Position numbers and translations under genes: made by a program
Shown here: in pieces, positions 16,438 through 26,013 of the stretch
Layout: the number at the start of each line of letters is the position of its first letter
How positions within the stretch are numbered: the stretch's first letter is position 1
Notes under the pieces: model-generated
What the model was told of the DNA's origin: nothing
Databases searched by the model: none
The model's input: only the letters and a program-made list of their open reading frames with translations
Origin: Planctomycetota bacterium
GTDB lineage: Bacteria > Planctomycetota > B15-G4
NCBI GenBank assembly: GCA_038212275.1
Contig: JBBQUR010000025.1
Coordinates: forward strand, 1-63,682
Reading direction: 5' to 3'
DNA length: 63,682 bases

Positions 16438-17526
16438 ATGACGGTCCTTGATCAGATTGCTGCGGCGTCATCCCCCTTTCCCCTTGCTGATCTAACGACA
16501 CCAAGGATTCCGCAGGATGGAAAGTTTATTCCGACGCCGCGGACGTGCAAGAAAGTATTTCACGAGGGTAAGTGCGCTGAATTCTATCGATCAGTTGCGA
16601 CATCCAACGGCCGACGTGAGTGCCCGTACGGCTTTTCAGTCTGGCCCTACCAGTTTGGGGAAACGCGCATTGCTGTAACCGGTTTAATTGGCAGTCCGCG
16701 CCTGAACAGTGGTCAGGAGCGGATCCGAGCAAAGGAATATCCACGCAACCATGTCGCAGCCGATGCGGTCGAGCATTGGGCGTCAACGATGGCTGGTGTC
16801 TTGAGCGCGGGGAACTTGGCCAGAGACCGGGAGTTCTCTCGGCGGCTTGACGCGCTGCACGAGATCCGCAAGTTCAACTCCATCGTAAAAACAAATATGG
16901 AGCGCATCTGTACGCGGCAGAGTCCGAGTGATCCCGACGAGGCAGATCCGGACATGGTGCGCGCGCTGCGTGCATCATCATTGATCTCTGTTCAGCTTGA
17001 TGCCCTAGATATTCTAGCCAACGCGGGTACATCGGCGGCGATGTCAAACCCACGCAAGTGGGTCTTCTACCGAACGGTAGACAAGATAGTACGCCTGTAC
17101 AGGGTGCTCGCGGATAGCCGTGGCGTGAAGCTGCGTCTCAGCGGAAGCTCGAATGCGACAGCACGAGTGGATGAGCGAACGATTCACATAATTCCAAGCT
17201 GCCTTGTCGACAACGCTATCAAGTATTCACCACGAGATGGAATCATCGACGTTTCGGTGACAGACGAGACTGTTGACGGCCGACCTGTGATTGTGCTCCG
17301 CGTTCGAAGTGAGGGCCCGCCAGCCACGGCCGAAGAGGAAGGGGTCTTGTTTGTTGCGCGAGGCCGTGGGCAAGCGGCGCGGGCAACTGCAGAAGGGTCT
17401 GGCGTGGGGCTCGCAATAGCTCATATGGTTGCTAGCGGGCACGGAGCAACCATCGACGCCAAGCAGCGGAAGGTTTCCAGTTCGCTCTCTGAATGGGTCT
17501 TCAGGGTAGTGCTGCCGGTAGGATGA
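16438..17526 (+). CDS. Soluble sensor histidine kinase with Cys-containing N-terminal domain
   Basis: H-box ALHEIRKFN, N-box LVDNAIKYS, G2 EGSGVGLAIA. No TM segment. N-terminal C-x8-C-x15-CPYG. Confidence 0.85.
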   Translation: MTVLDQIAAASSPFPLADLTTPRIPQDGKFIPTPRTCKKVFHEGKCAEFYRSVATSNGRRECPYGFSVWPYQFGETRIAVTGLIGSPRLNSGQERIRAKEYPRNHVAADAVEHWASTMAGVLSAGNLARDREFSRRLDALHEIRKFNSIVKTNMERICTRQSPSDPDEADPDMVRALRASSLISVQLDALDILANAGTSAAMSNPRKWVFYRTVDKIVRLYRVLADSRGVKLRLSGSSNATARVDERTIHIIPSCLVDNAIKYSPRDGIIDVSVTDETVDGRPVIVLRVRSEGPPATAEEEGVLFVARGRGQAARATAEGSGVGLAIAHMVASGHGATIDAKQRKVSSSLSEWVFRVVLPVG

Positions 17527-17658
17527 TGTATGGGCCTTCAATGCTAGGTGGTAAGTGAAGCGTTGGGAGTACCTCCCGCGTCGCTGAGGCGTCGCGGTGG
17601 GCTGCGGTCTTCCTCGCAACGAGCGCCCGTTCCCGAGAGGTGCTCCTGGAGACGCAAG

Positions 17659-18367
17659 TCAGGGCCCCGCCGGCATCAGCACTCCGCTCTGGACCAGCCA
17701 TCTCAAGTGCCTCCCCGTCTCTCCGGGCTCTGGTCCGCCGCGAACGAGCAGCCCCAGTTCCATGTTCAGTTCGAGGGCATTCTGGCTGAGGTTGGCGCTC
17801 GAGACGAAGAGCAGGCGATCATCGGCCAGGGCGCACTTTGCGTGGAGCAGGCCCTTGCGGGTGCCGCTCAGGGGGCGCTTTGACTCCGGCCAGACGTATA
17901 TGGAGGCTGCCGTCCGCATGGCGGGATCAAGTGCCGCAGTGCCTTCGCTTGTGAGACGGCCACCGCTCTCGTCGCTCGTTTCCATCACGAAGTGCACGCG
18001 AACCTTCCGGTCGATTGCCCTGCCCAGGGCACGGTTGATCATGTTGAGCCGATAGACGGCGAAGCAGACGATCCAAAGCTCGGACTGCGCGGCCTCAATG
18101 ACTTCGAGCAGCGCCTGGTCGGTGCGTCGAAGCGTTGACGAGGCCGGCTTCGGACCAGTCCACACGACCTCGAGAGTCTGTCGCTCGCGCCACAGCCGCT
18201 CGACGGCGCCGGCTGATCGCAAGGCCGCCGCCAGCGCATCCGCCCTCGGACAGGTTGCCGAGGCGCACCACTCTTGGATGAGCGCCTCAGCGTTTCGTTG
18301 GCGTGCCGCATCTTGAAACGCTGCCGACCCCGCGGACAACAACTCCAGCGACGTCGCTTCGCCCAGC
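17659..18367 (-). pseudogene. drmC: DISARM phospholipase D-like nuclease DrmC, 5' end removed by IS66
   Basis: EVVWTGP, RRTDQALLEVI, and PLD motif LHAKCALADD...SSANLS...NMELGLL. The frame stays open up to the IS66 left IR at 18368 with no ATG start. Confidence 0.8.
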
Positions 18368-18434
18368 GTAAGCGTCCGGGCAGGCTTTCCGCAGGCAGTT
18401 GAGGCGCCGACCTGCGGTCGTCCTACTGGTGCGC

Positions 18435-18761
18435 ATGAAGACCAGGACCGTGCGCCGATCGTCCCGCGAGAGTGAGAGCTACCACCGGACGCTGCTGCGC
18501 GAGCAGGCGCGCAGCGGCCAGAGCGTGCGCGGCTTCGCGGCGACCCGCGGGCTGTCGGCGGCGACGCTGTACTCCTGGCGTCGCCGGCTGGGGCTGACGC
18601 GGGGCCGCCGCCTGATCGAGGTCGCGATCACGGACAGCCCGCCGCGACCGTCGCGTGGCGGCTTGGTACTGCAGCTCTTCGGTCGGCACCGTCTCGAGCT
18701 GCCGGCAGATGTCTCCGACGACGAGCTGGCGCGGCTGCTGCGCGTGCTCTCGTCGTGCTGA
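18435..18761 (+). CDS. tnpA: IS66 accessory protein TnpA (HTH)
   Basis: SGQSVRGFAATRGLSAATLYSWRRRL. Confidence 0.85.
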   Translation: MKTRTVRRSSRESESYHRTLLREQARSGQSVRGFAATRGLSAATLYSWRRRLGLTRGRRLIEVAITDSPPRPSRGGLVLQLFGRHRLELPADVSDDELARLLRVLSSC

Positions 18762-19111
18762 GCCTCGATCGCGGGCAGCGCATCTTCCTGGCGGCAGGTC
18801 CGACAGACATGCGCAAGTCCTTCGACAGCCTGTCGGGTCTGGTGCGCGAGGAGCTGCGTCGCGATCCGTTGTCGGGCGAGCTCTTCGCCTTCTGCAACAA
18901 ATCTCGCAACCGTCTCAAACTGCTGCTTTTTGAGGGCGCCGGCCTGTGGGTGCTGGCCAAGCGGCTCGAGCGCGGCACCTTCGCGTGGCCCGCGCCACCT
19001 GCCGCGGGCCGGCGTGTCGAGCTGACCGCGGAGGAGCTCGCGCTGCTGCTCGGCGGCCTCGACGCGCGCGAGCTTCGCCCGCGACGCTGGAAGCGCACGC
19101 GAGTCGCGTGA
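18755..19111 (+). CDS. tnpB: IS66 accessory protein TnpB
   Basis: PTDMRKSFDSL...DPLSGELFAFCNKSRNRLKLL...KRLERGTFAWP. Confidence 0.95.
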   Translation: MLSLDRGQRIFLAAGPTDMRKSFDSLSGLVREELRRDPLSGELFAFCNKSRNRLKLLLFEGAGLWVLAKRLERGTFAWPAPPAAGRRVELTAEELALLLGGLDARELRPRRWKRTRVA

Positions 19112-19171
19112 GGTGCGAACACTCTGCATCGAGACTTGAATCGCGCCGCGCCGCGGGCACACTTTCGCGCC

Positions 19172-20773
19172 ATGTCGACGACGCTGATTCAGCGCGAGAA
19201 CGCAACGCTGCGCGTGACGCTCACGCGACATGAGCAGCGCATCGCCGCGCTCGAGCAGCAGACCGTGCTGCTCGAGCAGGCGCTGGCTACGGCGGCGCGC
19301 GAGAAGCAGCTGCTGGAGTCGGCGCTCAAGCAGGCGCTGCGCCGGCGCACGGGACTGGACCTCGACGCGCCCGGTCAGGCGCGGCTGCTCTTCGGCGAGG
19401 ACAGTACGCCGGAAGAGATCCCGCCGCACGCGGGCGAAGCACCCGACGGCGAGACGCCGAACGACCAGATCCTGTCGCGTCACCGACCCAAGCGAGCTGC
19501 GCGCACACTGGCTTTCGCCGCGCTCCCGCACGAGCACGTGATCCACGAGCTGCCCGCGGACGCGCGGACCTGCCCCGTCACGCGGCACCCGCTGGTCGAA
19601 GTCGGCGAGACGCTCTTCGAGGAGCTCGACTACCGGCCCGCGAAGCTCACGGTGCTCGTGCACCATCGCAAGGTCTACGGCCTGGCTCCCGAGCACGCCG
19701 CGGTGCAGGTCAGCGAGCCGGTGACCGCGCCGCTGCCGCCGCGCGCGCTGGAGAAGTCCCCGGCCAGCGCGGGCCTGCTGGCCTGGATGCTGGTGCAGAA
19801 GTACCGCCATCATCTGCCGCTCTACCGGCAGGAGGAGATCTTCGCGCGCGAAGGACTCCAGATCCCGCGACAGACCCAATGTGATTGGGTGCTCGCCTGC
19901 GCCGAACTGCTCACGCCGATCCAGGCCGCGCTGAGGCGCCAGCTTCTCGACAGTCGGCTGCTGCAGATCGACGACACGCCGGTGCAATGCCAGCACGGTC
20001 GCGGCGGGCACAAGACGCAGGCCTATCTGTGGGTGCTGCTCAGCCCGCTTGTGGAGGGCGTGGTCTACGACTTTACGCCGGGGCGCGGGTACGACCACGT
20101 CCACGCGCTCGTCGGCGAGCTCCAGGGCGTGCTGGTGGGCGACGGCTACGCCGTGCACGGCAAGCTCGCGGACACCTCTCGCGGCACGCTCGTCACGGCG
20201 GGCTGCTGGAGTCACGCGCTGCGCAAGTTTCGGGACGCGATCGCCGAGTCTCCGCGCGCGGCGGCGGCGATGGTCGTCTCGATCGCGGCGCTCTTCGCCG
20301 TCGAGAAGGAGGCCGACAAGCTTTCGCTCGCACCTGCCGAGCGACTGTCGCTGCGCACCGCGCGCGGCCCTGCGCTGCTCGCCGAGATCGACGGCCAACG
20401 CCGTGCGCTGCTCGGCACGACGAGCGACAACGGCCCGCTGGCGAAAGCCTTGACCTACCTCACCAACCAGTGGCCGAGCCTCGTGCGCTTCCTCGCTGAC
20501 GGCCGGATCCCGATTCACAACAATGCCTGCGAGAGCGCCATCCGACCGATCGCGGTCGGCCGCCGGAACTGGCTCTTCGCCGGCAGCGAGCGCGGCGGCC
20601 GCGCCGCCGCGACGATCTACACGCTGATCCAGTGCTGCAAGGCCGCCGGCGTCGACCCGCACGCGTATCTGGCCGACGTGCTCGTGCGGGTGGCGTCGCA
20701 CCCCACCCAGCGCCTCGACGAACTGCTGCCCGCGAACTGGAAGCCGGTCGCCGGCCAGCAGCCGGCGCGCTGA
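19172..20773 (+). CDS. tnpC: IS66 DDE transposase TnpC
   Basis: KYRHHLPLYRQ, LQIDDTPV, LVGDGYAVH, AGCWSHALRKF, IPIHNNACESAIRPIAVGRRNWLFAGS and LDELLPANW. Confidence 0.96.
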   Translation: MSTTLIQRENATLRVTLTRHEQRIAALEQQTVLLEQALATAAREKQLLESALKQALRRRTGLDLDAPGQARLLFGEDSTPEEIPPHAGEAPDGETPNDQILSRHRPKRAARTLAFAALPHEHVIHELPADARTCPVTRHPLVEVGETLFEELDYRPAKLTVLVHHRKVYGLAPEHAAVQVSEPVTAPLPPRALEKSPASAGLLAWMLVQKYRHHLPLYRQEEIFAREGLQIPRQTQCDWVLACAELLTPIQAALRRQLLDSRLLQIDDTPVQCQHGRGGHKTQAYLWVLLSPLVEGVVYDFTPGRGYDHVHALVGELQGVLVGDGYAVHGKLADTSRGTLVTAGCWSHALRKFRDAIAESPRAAAAMVVSIAALFAVEKEADKLSLAPAERLSLRTARGPALLAEIDGQRRALLGTTSDNGPLAKALTYLTNQWPSLVRFLADGRIPIHNNACESAIRPIAVGRRNWLFAGSERGGRAAATIYTLIQCCKAAGVDPHAYLADVLVRVASHPTQRLDELLPANWKPVAGQQPAR

Positions 20774-22100
20774 GCGACTGCCGCGGTCGAGGCGGCTGCG
20801 CGGAGATCTCGAGCCCTCCGGCGCAATCAACCCACCGAGCGCAGATCAACCCGCTGCCGGAAGCTCGGTCGGACGCTTACATTTCCACGATGCAGAAGCT
20901 ATTCACCGGGTCGAACTCACCAGCTAAAAGCGCTTCGCCGAGGCTGGAAACGCGGTCGATTGGCTTGTCCGATGGATGTGGCGGGCGCCCTGCGCGCGAT
21001 TGGGCGAACGCGAGGCGAGGCAGGGGAGCGTGATCCGTTGCTGATTGTGTTGTCGCGCCAGCCATGTCGTTTCAACTCATGAATGCGTGGCGGGCGGCGC
21101 CACTGGAATGAGACCAGGAGCCGTTCGACGCCCGACGGGCAGACCAGTGCGCGAGCAGAGACAACTCCGGGTGCTCCATTCCTCGCGGGGCCTGGGGAAC
21201 CACGGTTCGGGAGCGTGTCGTGGTGGAAGGGACAGAGTCGACAGGAACAGAGGTCGATGAATTTGAGAAGCAGCAGGATGAGACGCATGGACTGGCTGAG
21301 GCGCGCAGGGGAGCGGACACTGCAATGGATGCCCGAGTGCGCCGGTCTTGCGCGCGCTCAGCCCCCGCAGAGGAACCCGGTCTGCCGATGGCTTCGCGGG
21401 CGGCGCGCTTGGGCCTCTCGAGGTGTGCGCGTCGGAGCGATACGCTGAAGTGCATTCTCCAGGCACTTCTCGAGCCATCGCGTCGATGACTCTTCAGGGC
21501 GATCGCCGGAGAGGGTGATCCGCGTGTCGACCGTGCTTGCCGGCAGTTGAGCTGTCCACTCATGGCAACGACGAAGCCCGCGGCGATCGCGCAAGCGAGC
21601 AACGGAATGGGGCCGAGGCCCTGCATGGAATCATTTCCTGCCTGCACCGGACGCGACGTGAAGTCCAAGGGCGCGATGGACATCCGGGCTGCGCGCCGGC
21701 GGTCAGTGAGTGGTGGCGCAGGCCACCGAACACCGGCACTGCCTCGGATGCAGAACGAACGTGCCACCCGGCGCGTGCAGTGGCGGCGCATCGCTCTGAG
21801 TGACCTGCCCCACTGCAGGGGCGGGTCGGGCGGCTCGTCGGCACGCGAGGTGGAGCTGGCGTTCTCGGAGGGGAAGCCGGACGTACCGCGACAAGCAGCC
21901 GGACTCCGCGCTGCGCAATCTGTGATAGAGTTCGCGCGCCGGTTCCGACGGAGTGACGACCTCGGGGTACCTCGGAGGCCGGCGGGGTTCGGGACAGCCA
22001 GAAGCTGTAACGAGCGTTGCCGCAGCGTGAATCGAAAGCTGCGAGACGACATGCGCCGAGTTCACACCGCACATAGGTCAGCGGGAAAAAGGAGCGTTTC

Positions 22101-23507
22101 ATGTTCGATGACAGCTGGAGCAAGAGGCTTCTGTGCGTGGTCTTCCTGTCGTGCTGCACCGAGGGGGTGTTCTCGCAGACACCGTTGCCGCAGACTCCGA
22201 TCGGCGACACCGACGTGAGCGTGAAGACGCCGGTGCGGCCCAATGTCCTTTTCATCCTGCTCGACGAATTGGGCGTCGACATGGTGGATGCGTACGGGGA
22301 GTCGCCTTCGGCACCGACGACACCCGTGATCCAGTCGATCGCCGATCAAGGCCTCCTGTTCCGCAACGCGTGGGCGACGCCCGGCTGCTCTCCGACGCGC
22401 GCGCTGGTCCTCACCGGCCGCTACGGCTTCCGCACCGGAATCGGCCGGGCGATCGCGTACGGCAATTCGGACGTGGAACTGTCCGTCGACGAACACACCA
22501 TTGCGGACAGCCTGCGCGCCATCAACTACCGCACCGCGGTCGTGGGCAAGTGGCACCTGGGAAGCGCCGCGATCAGTGGCCCGACCCACGCCCTGCAACT
22601 CGGCTTCCAGCATCACTTTGGCGCCATCGAGAATTTCCCAAATCAGGACGGCGAAGGCGCCTACTACGATTGGGAAAAGGTCTCCGACGGCTCCATCTCG
22701 CAATGCTTCACCTACGCGACGACGCAGGAGGTGGACGATGCCGTCGACCTCATCGAGGGCTGGGGCGACAAGCCGTGGTTCCTCTGGCTTGCCTTCAACA
22801 GCGCGCACGCGCCCTATCACAAGCCGCCTTCGAAGCTGCACACCTATCAGCTCCCGGCAAACGTCCAGAACAACATCCCGATTCACGCTCGCGCGATGGC
22901 CGAGGCCGCGGACACCGAGATCGGCCGGATGCTCGACTCCATGGCGCCCGAAGTCCTGGCGCGTACCTACGTCATCATCTGCGGCGACAACGGAACGCCG
23001 GCGGAGTGCGTGCTGCCGCCCTTCGTGTCCGCCCATGGCAAGGCGACGCTCTACGAAGGCGGAGTCAACGTGCCGCTCATCATGTCGGGGCCGGGCATCG
23101 TCGCCGGACAGGAATGCGATGCTCTGGTGAGTCTGGTCGACCTCTTCGCGACCATCGCCGAGCTCACGGGCTGCTCGGCGACCGCAGCGATCGACTCGAT
23201 GAGCCTCGTGCCGTACCTCGGCTCCCCGGGTCTGCCGTCCATTCGCCCATGGGTCTACTCGGAGGCCTTCGGCCCCAATGGGCTGCTGCCGTCGTATGCC
23301 GACGACCGGCGCGCCGTGCGCGACGAGCGCTACAAGCTCATCGTCTGGATGCAGGGGCAGCCGCAGCCCGTGAAGCAGGAGTTCTACGACCTGTGGGCGA
23401 GCCCGTGGGAACGCACCCCGATCCCGCTCGACCATCTCACGCCGCAGCAGCAGGAAGTCTACGACGGCTTCATCACGATCATGGGCAACCTGAAGCCCTG
23501 GTACTGA
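22101..23507 (+). CDS. Secreted formylglycine-type sulfatase
   Basis: Signal peptide, RPNVLFILLDELG, CSPTR (CxPxR), VGKWHLG, GDNG and KATLYEGGVNVPLI. Confidence 0.93.
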   Translation: MFDDSWSKRLLCVVFLSCCTEGVFSQTPLPQTPIGDTDVSVKTPVRPNVLFILLDELGVDMVDAYGESPSAPTTPVIQSIADQGLLFRNAWATPGCSPTRALVLTGRYGFRTGIGRAIAYGNSDVELSVDEHTIADSLRAINYRTAVVGKWHLGSAAISGPTHALQLGFQHHFGAIENFPNQDGEGAYYDWEKVSDGSISQCFTYATTQEVDDAVDLIEGWGDKPWFLWLAFNSAHAPYHKPPSKLHTYQLPANVQNNIPIHARAMAEAADTEIGRMLDSMAPEVLARTYVIICGDNGTPAECVLPPFVSAHGKATLYEGGVNVPLIMSGPGIVAGQECDALVSLVDLFATIAELTGCSATAAIDSMSLVPYLGSPGLPSIRPWVYSEAFGPNGLLPSYADDRRAVRDERYKLIVWMQGQPQPVKQEFYDLWASPWERTPIPLDHLTPQQQEVYDGFITIMGNLKPWY

Positions 23508-23626
23508 GTTCGCGCGGCCGCGTCAGCGGTCCCGAGTGAGCGCCGCCGCTCCGGGGTGTCGCCGTCGCGCGACTGGTGATCTGCCGGAGCGGGACGGCGC
23601 GCGGGTGCCCGCCCCGGCGGCGCAGC

Positions 23627-25783
23627 TCAGGGAAAGGTCCACGCGCCCGGATAGTTCGGCCAGCTGCGGCCGGCTTCGAGCGCGGCACGCGAGGCTGCAT
23701 CGAGCGCGGCGTCGTCACGCTCGTACGTGTCGTCCGCCGACAGCGCACCGTCCGCGGCGGCCTGCTCGAAGTGATGGCGACAGGCCCCGGCGCCGTGCAG
23801 CGTGTCGATGAGCAGCGCGGATTGTCCGACGTCCGCCAGCGCGGCGGACAGCCGCGCCGCGGGTTCGATCTCGGAGAAGCCCCAGCCAAGTCCGAAGGCC
23901 ACGTCGGCGCGGATGGCGCCGGGCAGCCGCGCGAGCACGTTGCGCACGCGTTCGACGTCGGCCGGCACGCCGCGCGCCAGCAGGCGACCGAGTTGCACGC
24001 CCAGTCCGCGCCGGTACGCGAACAGCAGGCCCGGCGGCACGACGTCGGCAAGCGCGAAACTCATCTCCAGGCGGTCGGCGGTGTCGCGCGCCAGGGTGTA
24101 GTCCTGATCGAGGCACATGCCCTCGATGAGCGCCGGTGCCAGCGGATGATTGCGGCGCTCGAGACGCAGCAGCAGCGTGCGCAGCACCTCGCGTTCGGCA
24201 GGAGCTCCACGTGCCAGGGCCCGCAGAGCCGAGCCCAGCCCGCGCGCGAAGGCGTACTGCACGGCGGGCGGGCGGGCTTCGAGCAGCGTGCCAAGGTCGA
24301 TCAACTCGCCCGTCTTGATGGCAGCCGCGCCGCGAGACTCCACGCGCGTCTCGGCAACGTAGTACGCGACACCGCTCCAGGCGTCGAGCGCATGTCTGGG
24401 CGGCAGCCCGCGCAACCAGTGCGTGATCTCCGCATCGTCGGGGACCATGCCACCCGTCGCGGGATCGCGCGATGCATGCGCCATCATGACCAGTCCGTAG
24501 TACGGGAAGTGATGCCCCTCGTAGCGCAGGCCCGCGCCGGCCGTGCCCGGCCAGGGTGTGGCGATCGGCAGCGTGTCGAGACACGGCAGCAAGGCCACTC
24601 CGGCCAGCGCTCCTGCCGCGAGTCTGCCGGCGCCGCCGCGCGCCGCCAGCATCGAGACGGCCGCACCGATCAGCATCGCTGCGAAAGCGAAGTGCGTGAC
24701 GAAGTAACGGAACTGTCCGACCTCGAGCGGATGACCGTAGGCATCGAAGTCCCAGTTGCCCAGTCCGATGACGAGCAGGAAGACCGGCAGGTAGAGCAGC
24801 AGCGGCGCCACGCGCCAGACCGACCAGTCGCGGCCGCGTGCACGCAGCAGCGCGAAGCTCACGAGCAGCCAGGCAACGACGAAGGCCGTCAGCTCGAGGT
24901 GCTCGGCCCAGAGGGCTGGCAGGCGGCCGAGGGTTTCATAGGCGCCGGCTCGCGGCAGCAGATCTCCCAGCATCGTGGCGAGATTCCTGCCCAGCCGCGG
25001 CAGCACGCCGTCGCCCTTGCCGGCCAGGCTGTGGCTCGTGTAGTCCAGCGAACGTCCGCCGACGGCGATGTTGGTGACGATGAGCGGCATGAGCCCGAGC
25101 AGGAATCCCGCGATCGCCAGCGGGAGATCTTGCAGCGTGCCGCGAAGGCCGCGCAGCACCACGTGTACCGTCGCGAAGACGATCACGGTGACGACGGCTC
25201 CGGGGTAGACCCAAAGAGAGCAGCCGGCCGCCGCTCCGAGGGCGGCGAGCCTCGGCCCGCGTCGGCCGTCGCGATGCACGGCCGCGAAGGCCGTGTAGAG
25301 CAGCAGCGCGCAGAAGACGTGCTCGAAGTGATTGCCCGAGGCCAGAAGCGAATACTTGGTGAGCGTCGGCGGTCCCACGACGAAGAGCGCCGCCGCCACG
25401 GAGGCGCCGAGAAGCCCGAACTCGCGCGCCATGAGTCGCCACAGCAGCACGAGCGCCGCCAGTCCGAGCAGCATCGGCACGAGCTTGAGCACCAGATAAC
25501 TGTCGCCGAACAGCGCATAGAGCGGCGCTGCCAGCAGCGCCACCAGCTGCTGTCCGCCCGCATTGTCGTAGTGCTGCCACAGCGGTGGTCCGGGCGCGCC
25601 GGACGCGAGCACGCGCGCCAGGTTGCCCATGTTGTGCACCTCGTAGATCGGCAGCGCGACCGCGTCGAAGGCAAACCACAGCACGATGCCGCGCAGCAGC
25701 AGATAAGCGGCGCAGAAGACCAGCAGCAGCACGAGCGACAGGCGCCTGCGCTTCGGGTCCGAAGCTGCGGTCGAGAGGTTCAT
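23627..25783 (-). CDS. Polytopic membrane protein, ArnT/PMT-like (GT-C) glycosyltransferase candidate
   Basis: About 10-12 hydrophobic helices, LYALFGDSYLVLKLVP pattern and a soluble C-terminal domain. Start uncertain. Confidence 0.6.
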   Translation of the reverse strand: MNLSTAASDPKRRRLSLVLLLVFCAAYLLLRGIVLWFAFDAVALPIYEVHNMGNLARVLASGAPGPPLWQHYDNAGGQQLVALLAAPLYALFGDSYLVLKLVPMLLGLAALVLLWRLMAREFGLLGASVAAALFVVGPPTLTKYSLLASGNHFEHVFCALLLYTAFAAVHRDGRRGPRLAALGAAAGCSLWVYPGAVVTVIVFATVHVVLRGLRGTLQDLPLAIAGFLLGLMPLIVTNIAVGGRSLDYTSHSLAGKGDGVLPRLGRNLATMLGDLLPRAGAYETLGRLPALWAEHLELTAFVVAWLLVSFALLRARGRDWSVWRVAPLLLYLPVFLLVIGLGNWDFDAYGHPLEVGQFRYFVTHFAFAAMLIGAAVSMLAARGGAGRLAAGALAGVALLPCLDTLPIATPWPGTAGAGLRYEGHHFPYYGLVMMAHASRDPATGGMVPDDAEITHWLRGLPPRHALDAWSGVAYYVAETRVESRGAAAIKTGELIDLGTLLEARPPAVQYAFARGLGSALRALARGAPAEREVLRTLLLRLERRNHPLAPALIEGMCLDQDYTLARDTADRLEMSFALADVVPPGLLFAYRRGLGVQLGRLLARGVPADVERVRNVLARLPGAIRADVAFGLGWGFSEIEPAARLSAALADVGQSALLIDTLHGAGACRHHFEQAAADGALSADDTYERDDAALDAASRAALEAGRSWPNYPGAWTFP

Positions 25784-26013
25784 GCGCCGGCATGCTAGCA
25801 GGAGGGGCGTGGGGCCCCTTCGCGCCGCCACGTCGCTCAGCCCGCGGAGCTCGAGCTTCATCCCGAGGTGACCTCAGGGAGTAACATGGGCAGGCCATGC
25901 CGTGCGGTGCTTCGTGACCAGTCGTGTCGGCACCTGCTAACGCGTGCTGCCGGGGCAGCCGCGAGGAGGCTGCGAGCGCGCTGCGCCAGCGAGTTTCCGA
26001 CGCGAACAGGAGC

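Larger units (their letters stand above)
18368..20880 (+). mobile_element. IS66-family insertion sequence (tnpA-tnpB-tnpC)
   Basis: Terminal IRs GTAAGCGTCCG (18368) and CGGACGCTTAC (ending 20880), with three canonical IS66 ORFs. Flanks CGCCCAGC and ATTTCCAC are not duplicated. Confidence 0.95.
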
